A DNA stretch of 64,000 bases from positions 1,063,303-1,127,302 of the forward strand of contig MU057640.1 of the NCBI GenBank assembly GCA_013265495.1. Reading direction: 5' to 3'. Under the pieces are notes generated by a model. That model had not been told where the DNA came from, made no database searches, and saw only the letters and a program-made list of their open reading frames with translations. The stretch comes from Vicugna vicugna. Lineage: Eukaryota. The position numbers and the translations under genes are program-made. Shown here piece after piece: positions 12,356 to 23,698 of this stretch (position 1 is the stretch's first letter; the number at the start of each line of letters is the position of its first letter).

Positions 12356-12941
12356 GACACACTCCCCCCTGTCCACGGGAAAACTGCTCTTTTCTCCATT
12401 TGCACCATAAGGTTGACAATCAGAGTCCCCCCGTTCTGTGGGTCCAGCACGTAACCAAAACCAAGCCAGAGCCTTCCCAGGGTGTACACTCTGGAGCTGG
12501 GAAAGCAGTGTACACCCTTTCCAATGAAGTTGTCTGTGAAGGATAAGGCAGTACTCCCGTCAAAGCCACATCTGTCCCTAAGTGGGAAAAGCCAGTCACA
12601 GAAGGACATCATCTCACAGAGAGGGATAGAGGCTTGGGGTCCTGAGTGTAGAGATGTCCCTGAGTCCCAGCTGTGCCCCACCCTCCAGCCCTGCTCTTCA
12701 TTACAACCAATAAGGTCACTCTACTTGCTGGCTTTTGTATCCTCTCCCTGGCAACCAAAGTGCCCAAATCATCAAAACCCAGGGGCAAATGAAACTTACA
12801 CATGCAAATTGCAATGAAAACCTCTGCTCCTAGTTACAGACCTATAAAACGAGGCACGCTGGGCAGCCCAGGGCCATGACCAGAGTGCAGCCTACCTGGA
12901 GTCCACAGGAATGAGGTGAATTTTGCTACGACATTAAAGGT

Positions 12942-12962
12942 TGTGTGTGTGTGTGTGTGTGT
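12942..12962. repeat. (GT)n microsatellite
   Basis: tgtgtgtgtgtgtgtgtgt. Confidence 0.9.
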
Positions 12963-12964
12963 AT

Positions 12965-13110
12965 CTCAAAGTTTAGTGTATGTAAGATTCACCGGGAAGT
13001 TTTTTGTTTGTTTTTTACAGTGCAGACTTTGATTTTCAAGGTCTGGGTTTGAGCCCAGGAATCTACACGCTAACAAGCATGTCAGGTGATTATGGTACAG
13101 GTAGGACTAT
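12965..13110. mobile_element. MER5A-like hAT MITE
   Basis: ggtctgggtttgagcccaggaatctacacgctaacaagcatgtcaggtgat. Confidence 0.7.
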
Positions 13111-13117
13111 AAGCGTC

Positions 13118-13158
13118 GTCTACGGCCATACCACCCTGAATGCGCCCGATCTCGTCTG
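13118..13158 (+). pseudogene. 5S rRNA fragment (nt 1-41), 3'-truncated pseudogene
   Basis: GTCTACGGCCATACCACCCTGAATGCGCCCGATCTCGTCTG matches the 5' end of mammalian 5S rRNA with one C>T at a CpG. It lacks the internal control region and has no poly(A). Confidence 0.95.
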
Positions 13159-13159
13159 T

Positions 13160-13230
13160 AAAGATGGTGTCTAGGCATTCATATTTTTTAAAACTTCCCA
13201 AGTGAGTCCACAGTGTGGGCAAAGTTTTAA
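13160..13230. mobile_element. MER5-like fragment
   Basis: ctaggcattcatattttttaaaacttcccaagtgagtcc...gtgggcaaagttt. Confidence 0.55.
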
Positions 13231-13434
13231 TATTTTTACAAGTATGGGGGGGTGGAATGTCAACTCTATACTGTGAAATAATGGAGAGGAAAAGTTGGGC
13301 GCCATTAAACTAAGTGGGCATGAGAAAGTAATTGTTTTCTAACCAATATACATGGAGCCAACCAAATCTTATTCCCTACTGTTTCTTTAAGTGATAGACA
13401 AAATACTTTAAAGATTTATCTATTTTGTGGGTAG

Positions 13435-14135
13435 ATTCATACCCACAAAATTAGCTAAATTAAATAAGCCTGAAAATGCAAAGGGTTGGTGAAGATGTGG
13501 ATTAACAGAATCTCTTCTGCTCCGCTGGTGGGAGCATAAACTGATATACAGACTCCGGAGAGCCCCTTCACATTATCTTGTAAAGCTGAGCAATCTCACA
13601 TCCAACCATGCAGTGATGGTTGCTGCTCTACCTTTAGATACACACTCAAGAGAAAACTCAGCACATGCATACCAGAGAGCAGTCCTTGTCATGGAAGCAA
13701 AAACTGGACATGCCCTAAGTGCCCAATGCTAGGAGTATGGAGAAGTCAAATTACCCTATAATTTATGGATGAACTGCAGTATAGTAAAATTTTACATAGC
13801 AGCAGACTGCATGGATGAAACTCAGTGACACTATATAGAGTGAAACAGCAAGTCTCCTAGACACTATAAGCCAGAGATGATACCTCTTCATAAAGTTCAA
13901 AGCCAGGCAAAATGAAACAATGTATCACTTAAGCATACACGTTGATAAGGAGGTAAAGCAAGAGAGCAACAACGTTCAGCACAGTGGTTACTTCCAGTGG
14001 CAGAGGATGGAGAGACAAAGGTATAAGGGGGAATCACAGAGATGGATGTATTAGGTAAATCATGATCTGATTCGTAGATGAGGCAATGTGTTCACATTTA
14101 AAATGTCTTCATTTTAAAAATAAGTAAAATAAATG
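13435..14135 (+). mobile_element. Ancient L1 (L1ME-like) 3' region
   Basis: Decayed ORF2 end (gttggtgaagatgtgg...gctggtgggagcataaactg) and 3' UTR (gtggttacttcc...). Confidence 0.75.
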
Positions 14136-15127
14136 AAAGCCATGCATGGACAGTCAGTGGGATGTCATGAGCCAAGAATTAAGATTATTCTCATTCTTTG
14201 CACTAGATCGCCAAAGAAAAGAAGGAAAAGAAAACTCTGTCAACAAAGACACCAATCTAGTGAGAAGGAAATTCAAGAGACTTTCAATGATTCTAACTAA
14301 AGTCAAATACTAATAAGCTAGAATCACTTCATCTGGCAGATTCCATCTCACTTTAAAAGCAAGAATCCCAAAGTTGTCAGGTCAAGGTACAGAACTGTCA
14401 CCTTGGCACACAGTGGCTCATTTACCTGCCAGCCAAAAGTACCTCTGGTGAGCTAATTGAGAATAATTAGGAAGGAAGACGGGGAAAAAAATCTCCCAAA
14501 TAGAAAAAAAATCAAACTTCTGTGACAATCCCCAGTTTTTTAAGGGCTATATTCTTTCTATTACTATAAGAAATTAATGTAATTTAATCTCTGACACAGC
14601 AGGAACCATTAGGCAGGATGGCTGTGCCTCATACTGATTGTGGCTTGGGAGGAGGTACTTATGTCATGATACCCTCACTCAAAAGATAATTGACAGCTGT
14701 TACAGAAATCTGTATTCTTCTCTTCCCTCTACTCTTGTAATGTAAAATTTATCTGAATCATTTTGTCTGAGCTCAATTTCCTCCTTTTAAAACCAACTGA
14801 CAGGCTCAGTTCTTTTCCATTAGAAACTTTGGAAAACATGTTTTGACTTTCAGGAAGCATTTGAATACATAAGCCTGGGGTCAGCAATTCTGACAGGCGG
14901 CAGTCGGGAGAAGACAGATTTGTCCAGCACTGGAGTCAGCAGGTCTTTCAAAGACCAATTTCATAAAGGAATTTGAAGAGACTATTTCTCCTACAAGACA
15001 AGGCTTTTATAAATTTGAAGACAGGGTTCCAGTTTTACCAAAAAAATCCATTCTTGAACTCCTACTTACGTATGACAGAAAATGCAAACAGAAAAATAGG
15101 TTTGCCTGTGGAAACATAATGGCCCTC

Positions 15128-15880
15128 GGCAGTGATTCTCTAACTTTGGGATGCCTGCAAACTTCCCAGAGAGCACGCTGCAATGTGAATTCCTAGGTAT
15201 CACCCAACCTACTGAATCAGAACTGGGGCATAGGACCAGGAAGCTGCCGTCTTTCTTTTTAACTGTTAATTTTTCATTTGTTTAAAGTGAAGTATAGTCG
15301 GTTTACAATGTTGTGATAGTTTCTGGTGTACAGCACAGTGATTCAGATATATATATATATATCTTTTTCATATTCTTTTTTAATATATACTATTACAAGG
15401 TACTGAATACAGTTCCCTGTGCTATACAATAGGACATTGCTGTTTATCTATTATGTATACAGTAGTCAGTATCTGCAAATCCCAAACTCCCAATTTATCC
15501 TTCCACCCCTCCTTTCCCCCTGGTAACCACAAGTTTGTTTTCTATGTCTGTGAGTCTGTTTCTGTTTTGTGAATAAGTTCATGTCATTTTTTTTAAGATT
15601 CCACATATAAGTGCTATCATATGATATTTGTCTTTCTCTATCTGATTTACTTCACTTAGTGTGAGAATCTCCAGGTCCACCCATGTTGCTGCAAATGGCA
15701 TTATTTCATTCTTTTTTATGGCTGAGTAGTATTCCAGCGTGTGTGTGTGTGTTTGTACACACACATCTTCTTTATCTAATCATCTGCAGGTGGATATTTA
15801 GGTTGCAGGAAGCTGCCTTCTTAACAAGCACTCCAGGCCATTCTGATGTAAGAGATCCCAGACCACACCTGGCAGAAAAT
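15128..15880. mobile_element. MER5A split by an L1 insertion
   Basis: The MER5A 5' part (15128-15253) continues after the L1 at 15806-15880 (ttaacaagcactccagg...cagaccacac). Confidence 0.75.
15254..15805 (-). mobile_element. 5'-truncated L1 with TSD
   Basis: Minus-strand L1 3' end (EYYSAIKKNEIMPFAATW). 17-bp TSD caggaagctgcc(g/t)tctt at 15237-15253 and 15806-15822. Confidence 0.95.
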
Positions 15881-16660
15881 GTCTTCTAACTTACAATGAA
15901 AATCTGAATAAACGTGGTTTTGTCCTGGACATCAGACACATTGAAAGAATCCTTGAGGGTCTGACATGGTATCAACTCAATTTTATCAATAAGTTTAAAA
16001 AAAGATACTCTTGTAGCCTTTAAGAGTTAATGACCTTGCAAAATGTCTGAGCTTTTCTTACCTATAAAACCTGATAGCAACGTTTAAGGAACTAACCAAG
16101 AGCAAAACTACAGTGTTGGGCCAGTTTTAATCACTTGAAGAGGCTACTTTTCTTAGCTCTCCTGATGTTTCAATTCAAATAAATCATTGCCAAATAAGGG
16201 CATTTAAAACTCCATTAAGAAAAATTCCTCATGCTCGGGAATCTAGTTCTTTGAGTTCTTAACAGACTAAGACACCTAAACAGGTACAATTCTGATCACT
16301 GATCTACCCTATTTTCAGTCCATGTGTTGAAATAAGCCTTGCACACCATCCGGTATCAAGTCCATCCAGAATGAGCCTTCTCATTGCTGCAGCCAGACAT
16401 GAGGGAGCAGACACTGAGTTAATTTGTCTGTATTGACTTCACAAACATTTCAAATCAGTAAATTATGAAAAGTGTGTGTGTGTCAGGGGGTGGGGGGGTG
16501 GTGAGGGTAAAGAACTTCTACCATGCATGCTCTTCCTGGTTTCCATTAATAAATTCCTGTAAAGATTTTTGATAAAACAGCATATTAGCATGTTCTATGT
16601 TAAGTATCAAATGTACTAAAAATATCTAATTGTCCAAAGATTTCAATAAAATAACAATGC

Positions 16661-16787
16661 AGAAAAGAATCTGAAAAATATATATACATGTGTGTATGTA
16701 TATGTATAACTGAATCGCTTTGCTATACTCCTGAAACTAACATAGTAAATTGACTATAATTTCATAGAAAATAAGAATTTTAAAAAA
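16661..16787 (+). mobile_element. Very short L1 3' tail
   Basis: gaaaagaatctgaaaaa...tgtataactgaatcgctttgctatactcctgaaactaac followed by an A-rich tail. Confidence 0.85.
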
Positions 16788-16794
16788 TCACAAT

Positions 16795-17839
16795 TCATTT
16801 CTCTGATAATTAGTGATATTGAGCATTTTTTCATGTGCCTATTGATCATTTGTATGTCTTCCTTGGAGAATTGCTTGTTTAGGTCTTCTGCCCATTTTTG
16901 GATTGGGTTGTTTGTTTTTTTCTTATTAAGTCGTATGAGCTGCTTATATATTATGGAGATCAAGCCTTTGTCAGTTTCATTTGCAAAAATTTTCTCCCAT
17001 TCCACAGGTTGTCTTTTTGTTTTACTTATATCACCTCACACCAGTCAGAATAGCCATCAAATTCAAAAATAATGACAAATGCTGGAGAGGCTGTGGAGAA
17101 AAGGGAACCCTCCTACACTGCTGGTGGGAATGCAGATTGGTGCAGCCACCGTGGAAAACTGTATGGAGATTCCTCAGAAGACTAGGAATAGGTTTACTGT
17201 ATGACCCAGGAATCCTGCTCCTGGGCAATTATCCAGAAGGAACCCCTACTTCAAAATGACACCTGCACCCCAATGTTCATAGCAGCAATATTTACAATAG
17301 CCAAGACATGGAAACAGCCTAAATGTCCATCAACAGATGACTGGATAAAGAAGCTGTGGTATATTTATACAATGGAATACTACTCAGCCATAAAAACTGA
17401 CAACATAACGCCATTTGCAGCAACATGAATGTTCCTGGAGAATGTCATTCTAAGTTAAGTAAGCCAGAAAAAGAAAGAAAAATACCACATGAGATCGCTC
17501 ATATGTGAAATATAAAAACAAACAAACAAACAAATCATAAATACAAAACAGAAATAGACTCATAGACGTAGAATACAAACTTGTGGTTGACAAGGGGGCA
17601 GGGGGTGGGAAGGGATAGACTGGGATTTCAAAATTTCAGAATAGATAAACAAGATTATACTGTATAGCACAGGGAAATATATACAAGATCTTATGGTAGC
17701 TCACAGAGAAAAAAATGTGACAGTGAATATATATATATTCATGTATAACTGAAAAATTGTGTTCTATACTGGAATTTGATATAAGATTGTAAAATGATTA
17801 TAAATCAATAAAAAATGTTTAAGAAAAAGTCAAAAGAAA
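16795..17839 (+). mobile_element. Young L1 with 5' inversion (twin priming)
   Basis: 16795-~17027 is antisense ORF2 (EWEKIFAN...[14 protein letters not shown]), ~17028-17839 is sense ORF2 end, 3' UTR and A tail. 13-bp TSD aaaaaatcacaat at 16782-16794 and 17840-17852. Confidence 0.95.
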
Positions 17840-18349
17840 AAAAAATCACAATGCTATTTGATTCAAAGGTATATACCAGGAGGCTTTTTTTCTTTTAAAA
17901 ACAAAATGTGCTCTTCTGGCTTAGATGTAGATTTCTCTTCCAAGTCTCTAGTGCTAAAGGAGCTTTTCCTGGTGCTCAAAGCATGTCTTTCTCGGGCTCC
18001 TGCCTGCCTTCGCTCCCCCTCTGGCTGACATCTGCACAGGTACCTAGCAGGCCTTCTTTTGATCTCAATCTTCACTTCCATCAGAGGAAACGAGCCATGC
18101 CACTAAAATTTCTCTATAGGCTAGGATCTATAGAAGCAGGAAGGACATTAGGGTGGGATGGAGAAGAATGAAGGTCAATGGAATCGTTTCTCGGTTGGGT
18201 CACTCTGTTTTACTGAGTTGGGAAAAATCAGCAGTCTTACTTCTCAGGGACTTAGTGATAAGAACAGAATTTATAGCTCACATACTAAAAACCATGACAG
18301 TATCTCCTGATAATACCTTTAGCTCAAGGTTTTCAACTTTATATGGAAT

Positions 18350-19940
18350 TTTACCATGAGAAAGTGTCACAGAAATTAAACTTTTCACTCCTTCTACTAG
18401 AAAGTGACTGTAACCTATGATTGGGATAAACTCCCTGTACACTTCCACGCCTCCCACTCCCAAGAGCCTTGGCTTTCAAGATTCCTTCATAGAAGGAGGC
18501 TTTTAAAAAGTATATTGTTTTTATATATTAAATTCAGCCATTTAACTGTTATTCTGATTTTCTATGTGCTAAGGTTCTCTTACCTTATTAAGTCTTTCAT
18601 CTGCTAACAGGTTTCACTTTAGCGCTATTTTTCCACAGGTAAAGATCCATGACTTTATCAATTTCTTGGTGGAAACTTTCACCATTAAAAAAGAATCCCC
18701 TCTTGTCCATGAATGCTTTTTGCCTTGAAATTGTCCCTGCTTTCTTTTTGCTTGCCACTTGTCTAGACCCTGTGCCTGTCAGTTTGTTGTCAAACCTGGT
18801 GCCTCTTTGTTCGGGTACTTCTCTGGTAAACAATGCGGAGCAGACTGCACTGTTTTTTGTTTTGTTGTTTTTGTTGTTTAACTGTATCTGAGACTCTGTG
18901 TCTTTTAACAGGGAAATTTAGTGATGTTTTGCTAGTGTTACTGCTTGTCACATTTTCTTATAGGTCATATGTTCACCTCGTTTCTTTAATTTCAAAAGAT
19001 GCATGTGGGTACTTTTTTTTTTAACTTGAGCAAAGACATAGAGTGAAAAGTATAAGCTTGCTTTGTCCCATTTGCCTCTGTAAGTTCTAAGCAATTTATA
19101 TTGATTCTCTACCATGAGACAAAAAGATTTTGGGATACGTGTTCTTTCCCTTTTGTCGCCTTCACATATATAACCTTTTACTGGTTATTTTAACTGCATA
19201 ATCATACATCTAAATCTCTATTATTCTACTTACCAAGATTAAAGAATACCATTCAACTATATATCACGAAGTAGGAGAAAATGTATCCTTTACACATCAC
19301 CCCACCTTTTAGTCCCCTCTATTTCTTAACATTTTATCACCTATATCATTATTTCACAATGCCAAGCTTTAAAGCATTTCCATTTTATTCAGTAAATATA
19401 ATTTACCTTTCATGTTTTACAAATAGGTTCATTCTGAAAATTGAAAACTAATAAAATGTTTTTAATATTACAATTAGGTATTTTTATTCAGCGCAGATCC
19501 AGATATTGAGACTAGATTAGGTAGAGGAGATATAATCCTTTGTCACTAGACCATTTCTAAGCATTAAGTCCAAATGTGTTCTTTTGTCTTTATGCATTAT
19601 CAGTTACTCAGAATTCTGTCACATTTTAGTTTACTTCACAGTTGAATTGGGATTTCCTTTGTAAATTTTTGTTTATCCAAGAATTTCTAATTGCCTTTCT
19701 TTTCTCTTGTTGACAGAATAAACATGTCTTTACTCCATCACCAAGATCATCTAGCTGGTCAGTTTTAGACAGGTCTACTGTTCAGCTGTACTTTTTTTTA
19801 GTGTCATTTTTATGTTTGTTGGGTTGTTAAATTTTTCACTTTTTTAAATCGCTGCTTTTTTTGATACAGAAAGTCTTCAAAAGAAATTTTTAGAAACATA
19901 TAGTACATAAAATTTCGAGTCCTTTCCTGTCTGAAAAGTA
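18350..19940 (-). mobile_element. Highly decayed ancient L1 (ORF1/ORF2 junction-type sequence)
   Basis: T-rich, with residual antisense L1 motifs (gtcttttaacagggaaatttag; gtcctttcctgtctgaaaa). Confidence 0.5.
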
Positions 19941-20171
19941 AGGATGGATCATGGGAGATTTCCCTTTTAGAAATTCAAGAAGAGAAACCCATCAGCAAAT
20001 GAGGCAGATGACTGCAAGAGGACAAAGCTCAGAGACAAAGCTCCAGCTATATTTAACTGCGATCACCAAGGGCATCCTAAGGGCAAACGTCGTGGCCAGC
20101 CACTCTGTGTCAGCTTGGGGTGGCAGGTTCAAACCTATTTGTTTGCCTTTGGCTGACTGCTTCTGATTCAC

Positions 20172-20337
20172 CCACTCCTTCACTTTCTACTGGTGGCAAC
20201 TGAGGGGGTTTGCAAAAGACTAGATCTGTTTTGACCATAGAAAGCTGTGATATAAAGGTAGATTTCATAAGGGACTTAACACCATTGTGCGGAACTCCCC
20301 CAATATCCTGACTCGTGGTTTGAAGCCCCTCCTTCAT
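20172..20337 (-). other. Candidate alternative first coding exon (55 codons + phase-1 donor)
   Basis: aaaATG AAG...GTG G|GTGAAT in repeat-free DNA. The peptide is not recognised. Confidence 0.2.
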
Positions 20338-21118
20338 TTTTAACCTAAAGCCCTTGATAAAAATAAGTAAAACCCGAGTCCAATGCCGTGGCCAGCTGTT
20401 CTGTCTTCCACACGATGGCAGTTTCCAAGTTAATATCCTTCAACTTGCCCTATTCCACCTCCATGTACCTCCTGCTATCACAGTGGTTCTCCCCTTGGGG
20501 GTTTTCCAGCGTTTGCTGGGAAACAATTCTACTTAGTTCTAAGAATGAATCAGGAAAGCAGGAATGAAGAAATCTTTCTCTGTCTTGAAATTGGAACCAT
20601 CCAATACAAAATATGCACTTAGAAAAAAACTGTTCAAGGTTACATCTTTTATTCATCTACTTTCCAATTAAGAAAATGCAATCCTGACTTTCTGTCGTGG
20701 CCATAATTTCAAATATCTGTGAATTAGCTCAGGGCAGTTATTTACAAATCACCATCATAATAAAAATAAAATTAGTCTCTCAATATTTAATGAGTAGGCA
20801 CCATGGAATGCAATAGTTGCAGAGGACTTGTGAGATGAATGGGGTCAGACCTTATCTCTGGGTGGTAGAATTAGAGAGGCTTTTCTTTATTTTTTAGCTC
20901 TTCTCTATTCTTTTTTAAATTTCTACAATTGCCATGTATTGTTCGGTGAAATTAAAAAGTTTAACAAATAAAACAGGAATGATGATAGTTTGGTCTGTTA
21001 TTTTAGAGACTGAGGAAACAACTTTATATCTCTATTTCCTCTGCTTAAGGAAAAACAAAAGAAAGTGTCCCTGTAACAAGGGGCAGTCTATGTTGAGAGC
21101 AGGCTAACCTAGTCTTAC

Positions 21119-21272
21119 CTGTGAGAACCACTGGTAAGGGCACTGATTGCCTGATCCTTGTAAATACTTGATAAAAAGCGGATGACCATAGATCTCCATT
21201 CTGATTCAAAAGGAAAATCATTCCAGAAGAGACCCCCATTTCGCACTGCTGCCTGGTTTCTCTCTCTTTCTG
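21119..21272 (-). other. Candidate 154-nt exon
   Basis: ccttctttctcccctgcaatgcAG|CAG (NAGNAG acceptor) ... CAG|GTAAGA. Two frames are open. Confidence 0.4.
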
Positions 21273-21365
21273 CTGCATTGCAGGGGAGAAAGAAGGCAGC
21301 AGGGGACCCAGGAAGATAGGTACTTTCCACTAAAAGGGTGTGAGAAGAAGGCAGTGCAGACTCAC

Positions 21366-21442
21366 CCACAGCAAAGCCCACAGGTGTTGTGACACTTGAA
21401 GTGGGCTGAGGGCCTCACTAACTCAGATAATCCTAGAACAGA
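21366..21442 (-). other. Candidate 77-nt exon
   Basis: catttttttcttAG acceptor and TGG|GTGAGT donor. An upstream AGG|GTAAGT donor lies at 21560/21559. Confidence 0.35.
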
Positions 21443-21919
21443 CTAAGAAAAAAATGTGTAGTTCTGAAGCTTGACGGAAAATCCAGGTTAAAGCATCATT
21501 TGGTAATTGCATTAAAGTGAAAATATTTAAAGATGGGTGATAATTTAGCTACTACTTACCCTCCGACACACTGTGATGACCTGTTCTGAAGTCTGACTAT
21601 GTGGAAAAATCTGAATCAACATTCTCTTAGGTGCAATTCACTTTGCCTGGAGAATTCCTGGTTCAGCAGCACTTGAGATCCTGGTACAGGCATATATGAG
21701 GCTGCAATCCAACCGCTCCCTCCCACAACCCTCTGCCCCATCTGAAGTTTGCAAACTCAGACCATGATGGAAAGGCAAAGGGCGGATATCATAGGTGGAA
21801 TACACCTATTAACCACTGTTGCTGCCACATCTGTCAGGCATTATCTCAAGTAACTCCAGACTCTCACACCTGTAAGAATGACTCTTTCTCTACGCTGCGT
21901 CCTCAGTCATCTCTTGCTT

Positions 21920-21968
21920 CTCCTCCGCCCCAGTCCCACAGCAGTCACATGACTGGCTAAGCAATCTA
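21920..21968 (-). promoter_or_regulatory. Candidate promoter/enhancer: GC box + palindromic M-box/E-box + C/EBP-like site
   Basis: TCCGCCCC at 21924-21931, CAGTCACATGACTG at 21942-21955 (AGTCATGTG on the minus strand), then GCTAAGCAAT immediately after. Confidence 0.35.
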
Positions 21969-22019
21969 ATAAAGTGTGTCTGTAGGGTGGTTAATAAATG
22001 TTAGCGGCTAGAACAGGAC

Positions 22020-22190
22020 GTATTACCAGCTCTGCTTATTAGTTGTGTGACCTTTGTGTCTTGATGGGCAAATGGGGGATAACAGCTCCCAAGTTTGTTT
22101 TGAAGATTAAACAAAATGAGGCACATGAAACCCTCAGTGCAGGAACTGGCTCATGGTGAGTACTCGCCTACACTCATTTCTGTTGATTCC
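22020..22190 (+). mobile_element. MIR SINE
   Basis: ccagctctgcttattagttgtgtgacctt...aaatgggggataac...gaagattaaac...catggtgagtactc. Confidence 0.7.
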
Positions 22191-22939
22191 ATCACTCTTT
22201 CCAGAAGCAACACAGCCCAAACAACACAGCCTCCATGGCTTAATAATCCAAAGCAGCTAGGAATAAATTCCAGACTTTGCCAAAGTAGAATATTATCTGG
22301 GGCGGCTACAGCTCTTGTTATACATTATCTTACAATGTCATGTGAACAGCTGCCTACTCAAATTACTACCAGGGCTGGTATTTGGGGAAGAAAGTATCCA
22401 CTATAAAAAAAAATGGGGATTTACTATTTGTCTGAGCATTAATCCAGGTGCATTTTTCAGCAACTGGATCATCTAAGAATTCAGAGGGCCACAAGGCTAG
22501 GTGAATAAAGGTGTTATTATTAGAGTCAATTTTTATTACTTGTTGATATCAGAAGGCCATGAGTTGCTGAGCATGGCTGAAAATGAGCATGACTTCAATG
22601 GAGGGAGGTATGTTTCTTCCACATCTGAACTTAGGGTCTTATTCTATATGACATTTGTCCCAGAATCCCCCTGTAACCAGCTGGCAAATTCTAAAATAAT
22701 AATAATATCTGAAAAGTACAGTCATCAAGGGACATTTCTAATGCCAGCATAACTCCTTTGAGTGGGGGATAAGGAAGAGAAGAAGCAAGGGGAGGAGGGA
22801 AAGGATGAAGCGGGAGGGGAAGCAACTGTTCACTCTCTCTCACACACACACACACATATGTGCACGCATACATTACACCACATGTTGGAGACTGCCAATC
22901 TCCTCTTCCCACATCAGCCAAAATAAGTTACTTACTCTT

Positions 22940-23698
22940 TTTTTTTTAATTGACATATACTTCATTTACAATGTTGTGTTAGTTCCAGGTGTACAACAAA
23001 GTGATTCAGTTATACATATATGTATATTCTTTTTCAAATTCTTCTCTATTATACATTATTAGAAGATATTGAAGATAGTTCCCTGTGCTATATGGTAGGT
23101 CCTTGTTGTTTATCTATTTTATATATAGTAGTGTGTATATGTTAATCCCAAACTCCTAATTTATCCCTGCCCCACGTTTTCCCCCTTGGTAACCATAAAT
23201 TTGTTTTCTGTGTCTGTGAGCCTATTTCTGGTTTGTAAATAAGTTCATTTGTATTTTCTTTAGATTCCACATAGAAATGATATCATATGATACTTGTTTT
23301 TCTCTGTCTGATTTACTTCACTTAGTATGATAATCTCTAGGTCCATCCATGTTGCTGCAAATGGCATTATTTCATTCTTTTTATGGCTGAGTAGAAGTCC
23401 ATTGTATATATATATATATGTACCACAATTTCTTAATCATGTCATATGTTGATGGACATTGAGGTTGCTTGCATGTCACGGCTATTATAAACAGTGCTTC
23501 TATGAATATTAGGGTGATTATATCTTTTCGAATTAGAGTTTTCTCCGAATATATGCCCAGGGATGGGATTGCTGGATTGTATGATAACTCTATTTTTAGT
23601 TTTTAAAGAAACCTCCATTCTGTTCTCCATAGTGGCTACACCAATTTACATTCCCACCAACAATGTAGGAGGGTTCCTTTTTCTCTACATCCTCTCAG
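22940..23698 (-). mobile_element. 5'-truncated L1 with perfect TSD
   Basis: Antisense L1 3' end. Perfect 13-bp TSD gttacttactctt at 22927-22939 and 23699-23711, at a TTTT/AA endonuclease-type site. Confidence 0.95.

Noticed and set aside
13118..13158. Functional 5S rRNA gene
   Set aside because: Only 41 of ~120 nt are present, with no internal promoter or terminator.
15070..15105. Possible 36-nt minus-strand exon ending TAC|GTAAGT
   Set aside because: The body is U-rich and intron-like, isolated and squeezed against a MER5A, so likely a pseudo-exon.
21791..21809. Hairpin ATAGGTG-gaata-CACCTAT
   Set aside because: 7-bp stems are expected by chance in 64 kb.
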